From NCBI GenBank assembly GCA_040398845.1, contig JBBATH010000010.1:2456-66455 (forward strand): a stretch of 64,000 bases of DNA. Reading direction: 5' to 3'. The position numbers and the translations under genes are program-made. Shown here piece by piece: positions 40,677 through 48,348 of this stretch (its first letter is position 1; each line of letters opens with the position of its first letter). The notes beneath the pieces were generated by a model. That model did no database searches, was not told the origin of the DNA, and was given only the letters and a program-made list of their open reading frames with translations. The DNA comes from Candidatus Nanopelagicales bacterium (GTDB lineage: Bacteria; Actinomycetota; Actinomycetes; S36-B12).

Positions 40677-40871
40677 ATGGCTGCTGAAACAATCAACATG
40701 CGTACTGTCTCCGAACGTAAGCGCTGACTGCAGGTGATCGCTGACCGTCGCACGAGCCCACTGCCCGCAGCGTTCTTTGACGAGTTCTTCGACGCGCTGG
40801 CTCCGGAGCCCACTCCGGCTTTGATCGACGCTGCTGCGCGACTTCGTCAATCCGTCCGTCGTGATAACTAA
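40677..40871 (+). pseudogene. DUF1778 (TacA-like) antitoxin remnant with an in-frame TGA at 40725-40727 and an apparent internal deletion
   Basis: An AGGAG RBS lies 9 nt upstream. It reads MAAETINMRTVSERKR*LQVIADRRTSPLPAAFFDEFFDALAPEP.... The INxR and VIxDRR...F..F...L motifs are DUF1778-like. Confidence 0.45.
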
Positions 40872-40954
40872 GGAACCACTGATCATCAACGGGTGTGTCG
40901 CGCATGTTGCTTCCGGGCATGCGTGTTGAGTCGGGCGAGCGCCGTTTCGGCCAA

Positions 40955-41016
40955 ATGCACCCCGAATCCCGACGAGTCCCTCGTGAGAGCACAACTCATC
41001 CGGATTCGGGGTGCAT
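40955..41016. repeat. Perfect 15-bp inverted repeat / hairpin (ATGCACCCCGAATCC ... GGATTCGGGGTGCAT) with a 32-nt loop
   Basis: Arms at 40955-40969 and 41002-41016. The loop contains a nested ACGAG-tcc-CTCGT stem. Confidence 0.8.
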
Positions 41017-41031
41017 CTGACCCAGGTGAGA

Positions 41032-41071
41032 CCCGAGGGGATGAGGAGGGTAGGAAAATCAGCGCTTCCCT
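41032..41071. repeat. Right arm of the approximately 40-bp inverted repeat
   Basis: CCCGAGGGGATGAGGAGGGTAGGAAAATCAGCGCTTCCCT is the reverse complement of 40479-40517 apart from two single-nt indels. Confidence 0.85.
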
Positions 41072-41092
41072 AACCCGGACTACGCGAGTTCA

Positions 41093-41284
41093 ATACTCGA
41101 CCCGGAGGTCCACGACCTGACGCTGTTTGATTCTGGTGAGTTTGAACTCGACACCTGGCTACGGGAGCACGCAACCGCAGCAGCACGTGCGCGTGTCGCG
41201 CACACCTTCGTTTGGGTCGATATCGTGAGCACAGCAGTCGTGGCCTATTACTCGCCCTGTTCCCATGCGGTACCCCGCGAATAG
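41093..41284 (+). pseudogene. GNAT-type (TacT-like) toxin N-terminal fragment
   Basis: ILDPEVHDLTLFDSGEFELDTWLREHATAAARARVAHTFVWVD...VVAYYS matches the HDxxxFdcGxxxLDxWL pattern of DUF1778-partnered GNAT toxins. It stops after about 63 codons (full length is about 160-175). Confidence 0.45.
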
Positions 41285-41477
41285 GCTTCGTACCGTCCCC
41301 ACGTCGGGCCGATCGCATGATCGTCAGGGCGGAGACGATTGCCGAAGGCCTACGACGGGACTGAGATGTTCGGGTAACTCGGCTGTTGCAAGCCCTGGAT
41401 CAATTCTTGAGTAGCCTTCGTCCCGTTCGGCAATCATCAATGGCACGACCCAAGAACGATTATCAGAAGAGGCTCCT

Positions 41478-41828
41478 GTGAACATCACACTCGTCATCCT
41501 CACCACCCTGCTCGGATTGGTGACCGCATTCTCGGCCGTCGGCAAGTTCACGATGAACCCGAAGGCCGCTGAGATGCTCCGTCACCTGGGCCTCACCGAC
41601 AGCCAGATCCGCGCGCTCGGCGTCGTCGAGGTCGCTGGGGCACTCGGACTGCTCGTTGGCATCTGGATTCCGATCCTCGGACTGCTCGCCGCCATCGGCT
41701 TCGTTTTGTACTTCCTCGGCGCGCTCATCATGCATGTGCGTGCGAAGGATCCGGCTAAGGACTTGGCTCCGGCTCTCGTCCTGCTCGTACTCTCGCTCAT
41801 CGTGACCATTCTGCAGTTCGCCCGGTAG
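41478..41828 (+). CDS. DoxX-like family membrane protein
   Basis: 116 aa with four hydrophobic helices and AVGKF...LGLTD..IRALGVVEVAGALGLL. Confidence 0.75.
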   Translation: MNITLVILTTLLGLVTAFSAVGKFTMNPKAAEMLRHLGLTDSQIRALGVVEVAGALGLLVGIWIPILGLLAAIGFVLYFLGALIMHVRAKDPAKDLAPALVLLVLSLIVTILQFAR

Positions 41829-41859
41829 TTCGCGACTGCTCATCAAGCTAAGGAGCCAC

Positions 41860-42327
41860 ATGACCCTCGATCCGTTGTATTCAGTTGAGCGCGAGTTCGC
41901 GCACCCGATCGAGGGCATGTGGCATGCCTGGACCGATGCGGCCTCGCTCGAGGAGTGGTACCGGCCAATGGAGCTGTCGGTTGTTCCCGGGAGTGTCACC
42001 TCCGAGGTCGAGGTCGGCGGCTGGTGGACGGTCGGGGTCGACGTACCTGAAGAAGGCTTCGTGGCCTTCTTCTACGGCCGCTACACCCGGATCGAGCCGA
42101 TGACCGTCCTTGAGCACACGATGCACTTCACGTTGTCTGACGAGGAATTCGCTGCGCGTGACGAGTCAGGCCCGAGCCATCGAATTGTCATCGACTTCGA
42201 GGATCGCGGCGGCGCCACCTGGGTGAGGTTCTCGCAGTTCGGCGAACTCCCTGAGGGCGAGCCGGATCGCGCGAAGGCCGGCATGGAGAGCTACTTCGAT
42301 TCCCTTGGTCGATTCTTGGACGAGTGA
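41860..42327 (+). CDS. SRPBCC domain protein (AHSA1/START-like)
   Basis: 155 aa: REFAHPIEGMWHAWTDAASLEEWY..., GGATWVRFSQF. Confidence 0.75.
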   Translation: MTLDPLYSVEREFAHPIEGMWHAWTDAASLEEWYRPMELSVVPGSVTSEVEVGGWWTVGVDVPEEGFVAFFYGRYTRIEPMTVLEHTMHFTLSDEEFAARDESGPSHRIVIDFEDRGGATWVRFSQFGELPEGEPDRAKAGMESYFDSLGRFLDE

Positions 42328-42403
42328 CACGGTGACCGACCCTAGCGCCCGGTTCGGCCGCACTGACTGACGTTCGCCATGAGTGACTGAGCGCTTCCAG
42401 CCT

Positions 42404-42874
42404 CTACCGACGCCACCGGATCGCGGTGTCGCCTGGCTTGGCAGCCAGTTCCGCCGGCACCCTCGCCGGAGCCCAATCTAGGTCCGAGAATTCAGCATTC
42501 GGCAGCAGGATTGCGGCGAGGTAGGAAACAACATCGCGCGGCAACTTCCGAGTGTTCGACCTCCCGGAGAAGCGCATCACGAGGAACACATCCCCTGTGA
42601 CGTCAGTCTCGGCGATTACGAGAACCTCGAGTAGCGCTGCCGCGGCCAGTTCCTCGCCGAGGACTTCCTCAACAACGGTGCCGGGTGCGCTCAGGGCACG
42701 AAGCACCAAGTCAGGGTCGGCGGCTTCCACCACATCGATGAACTCGTCGTCTAGTCCGGATAGGCGCCTAACGTGTGCTTCGAAGTCGACGTAATCCGCA
42801 GGCTTCGGAAGGAGGTTGCTGGCCTTCCACCTCGTTACGAACTCGCGATAGTTATGCGGTGTGAAAGCGAGCAA
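42404..42874 (-). CDS. Hypothetical protein (start uncertain; may continue upstream across an in-frame TAG)
   Basis: 156-aa ORF beginning at a TTG without a clear RBS. I recognise no family. See the finding for this region. Confidence 0.4.
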   Translation of the reverse strand: MLAFTPHNYREFVTRWKASNLLPKPADYVDFEAHVRRLSGLDDEFIDVVEAADPDLVLRALSAPGTVVEEVLGEELAAAALLEVLVIAETDVTGDVFLVMRFSGRSNTRKLPRDVVSYLAAILLPNAEFSDLDWAPARVPAELAAKPGDTAIRWRR

Positions 42875-43036
42875 GAAGACAACGTCCGCGTCCGTGTCGT
42901 GCTATGTGACACCGCGGTATGGACCGCGGGCATGAAGGTTCCACACTCCTGCTGATGATGGGATCCCTTGGAGCTTTTCCTGCCAAGTCGCCAAACCCAA
43001 GGTCATCAAACGCAGCTCGAGTGACCCACAGGTGGG

Positions 43037-43588
43037 TCACTCGTCAGGCTGGGACGCAGATGCCGACGATGCTCGCGCGAGGGCAGCACGTTGTGCGCGA
43101 CGTAGTGCCGCGGCAGCCTCGGATCCGCCCTGTCGTCGGGCTGCGAAGGCCGCAGCCCGGTATTCCGACTCGGTGAGCGGGGCGGTGAGAGTCTCGTCGG
43201 TCAACACCTCGTCTGAGGCCGACCGAATTCGACGGGCCAGAAGCAGTGCGTCGATGTCTTCGCGTGGAACGCGGCGGCGATTGCCGACCTGCTCCAGCCC
43301 GAGTAGGCCGTTGTCCTGCCACTTGTACACGGTGGGACGACTTACCCCGAGCATGACCGCCGCTGTCTGCGCGCTCACGTATTTACTGTCGACCACCAGT
43401 TGTGCGCGACGGTGGGCAAGGCCGGAAGACAGCAAAACGTTCAAGAGTCGTACGAGGTCCTCGTCAGCGGCCACTATTCGTCTGTCCGCAAGCTGGTCCG
43501 TGCCACCGGTCACTCTTCCCAGAGGCTCGGCAGCGGACTCCCCACGAAGCAGATGGGACTCTGCAGTGAGCACAGTTGTACGTTCCAC
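43037..43588 (-). CDS. Helix-turn-helix (excisionase/MerR-like) DNA-binding protein
   Basis: YVSAQTAAVMLGVSRPTVYKWQDNGLLGLEQVGNRRRVPREDIDALL is a classic excisionase-type HTH. The tail is Ala/Arg-rich. Confidence 0.65.
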   Translation of the reverse strand: MERTTVLTAESHLLRGESAAEPLGRVTGGTDQLADRRIVAADEDLVRLLNVLLSSGLAHRRAQLVVDSKYVSAQTAAVMLGVSRPTVYKWQDNGLLGLEQVGNRRRVPREDIDALLLARRIRSASDEVLTDETLTAPLTESEYRAAAFAARRQGGSEAAAALRRAQRAALARASSASASQPDE

Positions 43589-43739
43589 AATTCCCCCAAG
43601 GGCAGGTGACTGTCGTAAGTGTAATACTCCATCGGGACCGGCGTTCAGCCCGATACTTCAAGAGGTGACCCCTTCTGCGCAACCGCGCGCGACCGCCCCG
43701 TCTAGGCTCCATTGTTCAGTCGTCTCCTAAGGTGTCACG

Positions 43740-44852
43740 GTGACGAGTAGAAATGGCTTCATGCTGTCCGGGGGCCTAGCTGCGCGTGGCTTCGACTGGT
43801 GGTGGCATTCACTCACCGCCCATCACGAGGGCACCGGTGAGCCACGCGGCTTCTTCTTCGAGTACTTCGCCGTGAACCCGGCGCTGGGCGGTGACGAACC
43901 AGTGCTCGGCCAGTTGCCTGCAAACAGGGCAAGCGGGAAGCGTCCGTCCTACGCAATGCTCAATGCCGGTGCGTGGGGCGTCCGTCCCCTTCAAATTCAC
44001 AACTACTACGGAATCAGCAAGGCCTCCTTCGATGTCGAGCGACTCAACGCGCGTATTGGCGAGGCCATCGTGACCGAGACCTCTCTCTCGGGTCGGGCGG
44101 TCTCGACTGAGGAGGACGTTCTCGCTCACCCCGAATGGATGTCGGACGCAGGCGATATCGAGTGGGACCTCACCGCGAACAAGCTGCTCACCTACGACCT
44201 CGGATTCGCAGCGAGCCGCCCGTTCCGCTGGTCACGCGCCTTCCAGATGTTCTGGCATGTGCAGGGGGTGAAGACCGAGTACGCCGGCACCATCACCCTC
44301 GACGGCGAGCGCTACATCGTCGCGCCAAGCACCAGCGCTGGATACCAGGACAAGAACTGGGGCGAGGACTTCACAAACCCGTGGATCTGGCTCAACTGCG
44401 CCAATTTCACGCGCGCGGGCAGCGAGGAACCACTGCCATTGACCTGCCTTGACGTCGGCGGCGGCACTCCGGTGGTGTTCGGCCGCAGGCTGCACCGCAA
44501 GCTGCTCATCGGTTTCTTTCTCGAGGGTCAGCTCTTTGATTTCAACTTCTCCAAGTTCTGGACGCGACCGGGCCAGCGGTTCGAATGCACGACCGATGGC
44601 GACTTCATCACTTGGGAGATCGAGGCCTGGACCCGATCGGCCCGAATCGAGATCGAGTTCAGTTGCCCAAAGGACGAGATGCTCTTCATGAACTACGAGA
44701 ATCCAGATGGAGAGCACAACCACCGCGAGCTCTGGAATGGCGGCAATACGCGGGGGACCGTCCGAATCTTCACCCGAAAGGGCGGGCGCGAGACCCTCAT
44801 CGGGGAGTTCGCCGGGACTCACGGCGGGGGAGAGTACGGGGAGTACTCGTAA
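43740..44852 (+). CDS. Tocopherol-cyclase-like family protein
   Basis: 370 aa. GYQDKNWGEDFTNPWIWLNCANF resembles the EKNWGxxFPxxWxWxQCN signature of that family. The start is approximate. Confidence 0.5.
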   Translation: MTSRNGFMLSGGLAARGFDWWWHSLTAHHEGTGEPRGFFFEYFAVNPALGGDEPVLGQLPANRASGKRPSYAMLNAGAWGVRPLQIHNYYGISKASFDVERLNARIGEAIVTETSLSGRAVSTEEDVLAHPEWMSDAGDIEWDLTANKLLTYDLGFAASRPFRWSRAFQMFWHVQGVKTEYAGTITLDGERYIVAPSTSAGYQDKNWGEDFTNPWIWLNCANFTRAGSEEPLPLTCLDVGGGTPVVFGRRLHRKLLIGFFLEGQLFDFNFSKFWTRPGQRFECTTDGDFITWEIEAWTRSARIEIEFSCPKDEMLFMNYENPDGEHNHRELWNGGNTRGTVRIFTRKGGRETLIGEFAGTHGGGEYGEYS

Positions 44853-44859
44853 GGCCTGC

Positions 44860-45702
44860 TCAGCGCAGGAATAGGGCCGTGAGACGCCGAGTCGTGAGGC
44901 TTGCACCGACGACGGAGAACGCGAGGAAATACAGGACGTTTACCGCGAGCCCGAGATCGAACTGGCCGAACCAGATCGATCGGACCATCTCGATGGCCTG
45001 GGCAAGCGGCGTGATCTCGATGACGGGCTGCAGCCACCCGGGGTACGAGCTGATCGGAAAGAAGGTTCCGGAGAACAGGAACATCGGGAGCAGCCAGAAG
45101 TTCAGCCAGTTCAGCTGCTGGAACGAGGTCATGTACGAGGTGCAGGCCATGCCGATCGCCGAGAAGGCAAAGGCGATGAGCACAGCGGCGGGAATGGTGA
45201 GCAGGGCCCACCAGGTCGGCACGAGCCCGAAGACCGCGGTCACCGACATGAAGCCGACGGCGTAGGTCGCGCCGCGCAGCATTGCCCAGCCGATCTCGCC
45301 GAGTGCGACATCGAGCGGACCAAGAGAGGTCGAGAGCATGCCCTGGTAGATCCGCCCGTAGTGCATCTTGAAGTAGACGTTGTAGGTCGAGTCGAAGATG
45401 GCGCCGTTCATAGCACTCGAGGCCAAGAGGGCCGGCGCGATGAAGGCCGCGTAGCTGAGGTCCTGACCCTGCGCCTCGATGCCGCCGACTAGGCCACCGA
45501 GCCCGTAGCCGAAGGCGAGGAGGAACAGCACCGGCTCGACGAAGCCGGTGAGGAACGCGAGCATGTTGCTCGTCTTGAGTGCAATGAACGCTCGCTGCAT
45601 GACGGCGTGCGGCCGGCCCGCATAGACGCCGGCTCCCGGGTAGGTGCCTCGTCGCTCCGCGATCTCAACGGCCGCCGAGGTTGCGATCACTTGGGTGATC
45701 AT
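44860..45702 (-). CDS. ABC-2 type transporter permease
   Basis: Six-TM ABC-2 pattern. ATGA overlap with the upstream permease gene at 45699-45702. Confidence 0.85.
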   Translation of the reverse strand: MITQVIATSAAVEIAERRGTYPGAGVYAGRPHAVMQRAFIALKTSNMLAFLTGFVEPVLFLLAFGYGLGGLVGGIEAQGQDLSYAAFIAPALLASSAMNGAIFDSTYNVYFKMHYGRIYQGMLSTSLGPLDVALGEIGWAMLRGATYAVGFMSVTAVFGLVPTWWALLTIPAAVLIAFAFSAIGMACTSYMTSFQQLNWLNFWLLPMFLFSGTFFPISSYPGWLQPVIEITPLAQAIEMVRSIWFGQFDLGLAVNVLYFLAFSVVGASLTTRRLTALFLR

Positions 45703-46535
45703 GAGGTGAGCCGCCGCTCGAACCTGCGCCGCGCAATGATGAGTCCAAGCGCTCCGAGGCCGAGGAGGTAGGCGAGGCTGACTGCGACCTGCCATGGGGG
45801 CATCGCCATTCCGTACGACAGCCACCGGCCGAGCTCGGTGGCGTGCCACAGAGGCGAGATCCAGCCGATCCACTGCACGGCGAGCGGCAGGCTCGAGAGC
45901 GGATAGAAGGTCCCGGAGAACAGGAACATCGGCATGATGACGATGCGCATGGCGAGCGAGATGAACCCGCTGTCGTCCTTCACATTCGCGGTGGCTGCGA
46001 GCATGGCAGCACCCCAGCTCAGCCCGGCGAGGATTGCAACCGGGATGAGGGTCAGTGCGGAGGACCAGCCGACCGCGCCGAAGGCAAGAAGGACGAGCCA
46101 GTAGACGATCGTCGTGAAGACGATGCGAGCGGATGCGGCGAGGAGCAGGCCGTCGGCGATTTGCCCGCCGCTGATCGGGGTCGCACGCATCGCGAAGAAG
46201 CCCTTATCCCAGAGGAACCCTGCGAGGGTCGGGAACATGATCTCGTTCATCACGCCCTGCATCGCAGCGGCTGTGATGAGGGCGGGTGCAAGGAAGACGA
46301 GGTAGGGAACGCCGTCGATGCCGGTCGGGCCGAGGTTCGCGTTGACGAGGGATCCGACACCGAGGCCGATCGATGTGAGATACAGGATCGGGTTGCCGAG
46401 GCCGTCGGTGATGATCGACCTGCGCCATTTCCACATGCTGCGCAGGCGATACTCGGCGACATACAGCGCGCCGCGACGGGCCGCCCGGCGGTCGACTTCT
46501 GGGCTGTGCGCCGGGGCCCGGGTAACAAGGCTCAT
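45699..46535 (-). CDS. ABC-2 type transporter permease
   Basis: 278 aa, paralogous in pattern to the downstream permease. 4-nt overlap with the ATPase gene. Confidence 0.85.
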   Translation of the reverse strand: MSLVTRAPAHSPEVDRRAARRGALYVAEYRLRSMWKWRRSIITDGLGNPILYLTSIGLGVGSLVNANLGPTGIDGVPYLVFLAPALITAAAMQGVMNEIMFPTLAGFLWDKGFFAMRATPISGGQIADGLLLAASARIVFTTIVYWLVLLAFGAVGWSSALTLIPVAILAGLSWGAAMLAATANVKDDSGFISLAMRIVIMPMFLFSGTFYPLSSLPLAVQWIGWISPLWHATELGRWLSYGMAMPPWQVAVSLAYLLGLGALGLIIARRRFERRLTS

Positions 46536-47449
46536 TCGTCCTCCAGCGTGCGACCGGTGAGGCGGAGGAAGACGTCCTCGAGGGACGACCGGCGCACGAG
46601 CGAGGTGACCGGCGAAAAGCCGCGGGCGACAATCGCCTGGAGGCTCTCCTCGCCGGTCTCGGTGTAGATGAGGATTCGGTCGGGCAGGACCTCGGTGCGC
46701 TCGCCAATGTCGGCGATGAGCGGAGCGATCTCAGCGTTGTGATCGGAGCCGAACCGCACCTCGACCACCTCCCGCGAGGCGTACTCGCGAATCAGCGAGG
46801 CCGGCGTGCCCTCGGCCACGATGCGACCCCGATCCATGACGACAAGCCGATCGCACAGTTGCTCGGCCTCGTCCATGTGGTGGGTCGTGACGACGAGCGT
46901 GGCTCCGTCCTCCTTAAGCCGAAAGAGTCTGTCCCACAGGATGTGACGAGCCTGCGGATCTAGGCCGGTGGTCGGCTCGTCGAGCATGAGAATCTCGGGG
47001 TCGTTTATGAGACCGCGGGCGATCGTGAGGCGCCGCTTCATGCCACCGCTCAGGGTGTCGATCTTGGTATCGCGCTTGTCCTCGAGTTGCGCGAACGCGA
47101 GGAGCTCCTCGATGCGCGGCTTCAAGTAGGAGCGGGGCAGCCCGAAATACCTGCCGTACACGTAGAGGTTTTCGCGGACGGTGAGTTCGGCATCATTGTT
47201 GTCCTGCTGCGGCACCACGCCGAGGTGCGCGCGGATTGCCGGCCCCGCCCTGCTCGGGTCCTTGCCGAGGATCGTGAGGTCGCCCGAGGTGCGCAGCAGG
47301 GTGGCGGCGATCATCCGCATGGTTGTCGATTTTCCGGCACCGTTCGGCCCGAGAACTCCGAAGGACTCGCCCCGGGCGACCTCGAAGTCGATGCCGTCGA
47401 CGGCCGTGAAGTTGCCGTACCGCTTGGTGAGGCCGCTCGCACTGATCAC
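46532..47449 (-). CDS. ABC transporter ATP-binding protein (DrrA-like exporter ATPase)
   Basis: Walker A GPNGAGKST, signature LSGGMKRR, Walker B LMLDEPTTGLD. Confidence 0.9.
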   Translation of the reverse strand: MISASGLTKRYGNFTAVDGIDFEVARGESFGVLGPNGAGKSTTMRMIAATLLRTSGDLTILGKDPSRAGPAIRAHLGVVPQQDNNDAELTVRENLYVYGRYFGLPRSYLKPRIEELLAFAQLEDKRDTKIDTLSGGMKRRLTIARGLINDPEILMLDEPTTGLDPQARHILWDRLFRLKEDGATLVVTTHHMDEAEQLCDRLVVMDRGRIVAEGTPASLIREYASREVVEVRFGSDHNAEIAPLIADIGERTEVLPDRILIYTETGEESLQAIVARGFSPVTSLVRRSSLEDVFLRLTGRTLEDE

Positions 47450-47510
47450 GCGGGCAACTCAACCACAGTTGTCGGAGGGGGCGACATCGACTCGATGTCC
47501 ATCTCGGCCC

Positions 47511-47645
47511 TCAAAGGCCGAGTTCGCGGCGGATCACATCAAGGGTGACAGTCTGCTCACCGTCCTGCATCGCCTGCTCGGCTTGTGCAGCCAGGGCCGC
47601 GTCCTCGGCGTCCTCGAGCGCTTGGGTGGCGGGGATCTGTCTCAT
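47511..47645 (-). CDS. Small ORF (44 aa) resembling the C-terminal half of a Phd/YefM-type antitoxin
   Basis: MRQIPATQALEDAEDAALAAQAEQAMQDGEQTVTLDVIRRELGL*. It is not in the ORF track (under 60 aa). A stop lies 2 codons upstream, and I see no toxin partner. Confidence 0.3.
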   Translation of the reverse strand: MRQIPATQALEDAEDAALAAQAEQAMQDGEQTVTLDVIRRELGL

Positions 47646-47659
47646 CGCTCAATTGTGCG

Positions 47660-48283
47660 TTATTGGGTGATCGCATTGCGAGGCGGCGGACGGAGCCCCT
47701 CGGCACGAAGTTCGAGGGCAGCGAGGGCGTCGACGATCTGACGATCACCACGACGCCAGGCGCCGGCAGGATCATCGTCGATCCGAGCGAGGATGTGAAG
47801 GGGCTGACGGGCCAGAGCCCGCAGTGCGAAGAGGTCGAGGTCGGCGTCCGCATCGACAAACCTTCGCGCGGCCGTGGCCCGCCGCATGAACGCGATCCGA
47901 ATCGGCAGCCAGACTGCGGCGAACGAGGTGAAGGCGAGCACGGCCAAGGTCACCGACAGGAACATGGCGAGCAGGGTCACGGCGTCGACCTGCGCCTGAC
48001 CCGCGGCCGCCATGACGCGGGCAGCCGCGCTCATGCCATCGAAGGGCAGGCTGAGACCGTTGCCCACGAGCGGCACGCCACCGATGGCGTCGCCGGCGGA
48101 ATCGATGCTCGTCGCGAGATCTGTGGCGCCCTCGGCGATCGCGATCCCGGGTGCCGCGAGTTTCATAATGAGGCCGTGGAGGGTGAATGCGATCCAAATC
48201 CACCCGGCGGTCCACACGACCAGCCATAGGTCCCCGGCGAACTGACGGGCCCGTCGAGCGGGCAATTGCGAGTAAATCTGCAC
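47660..48283 (-). CDS. Membrane protein, unknown function
   Basis: 207 aa, GTG start, 3-4 TM helices (LWLVVWTAGWIWIAF..., LLAMFLSVTLAVLAF...). Confidence 0.55.
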   Translation of the reverse strand: MQIYSQLPARRARQFAGDLWLVVWTAGWIWIAFTLHGLIMKLAAPGIAIAEGATDLATSIDSAGDAIGGVPLVGNGLSLPFDGMSAAARVMAAAGQAQVDAVTLLAMFLSVTLAVLAFTSFAAVWLPIRIAFMRRATAARRFVDADADLDLFALRALARQPLHILARIDDDPAGAWRRGDRQIVDALAALELRAEGLRPPPRNAITQ

Positions 48284-48348
48284 GGCTCCTCCTCCTCATT
48301 CCCTCATAGGATTTCAGCCAGCCCCCCATGTCGCCATAGAGTCACCGG

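Noticed and set aside
19554-40727. Possibility that the in-frame TAG/TGA codons are recoded (selenocysteine, pyrrolysine or a reassigned stop).
   Set aside because: TGA and TAG both serve as ordinary terminators of well-conserved genes across this window. For example, the ychF and thiolase-like genes end in TGA, and the ispH gene and the gene at 1..495 end in TAG. I see no SECIS-like hairpin after 40240 or 40725, and the affected families are not known selenoproteins. Nonsense mutation is the simpler reading.
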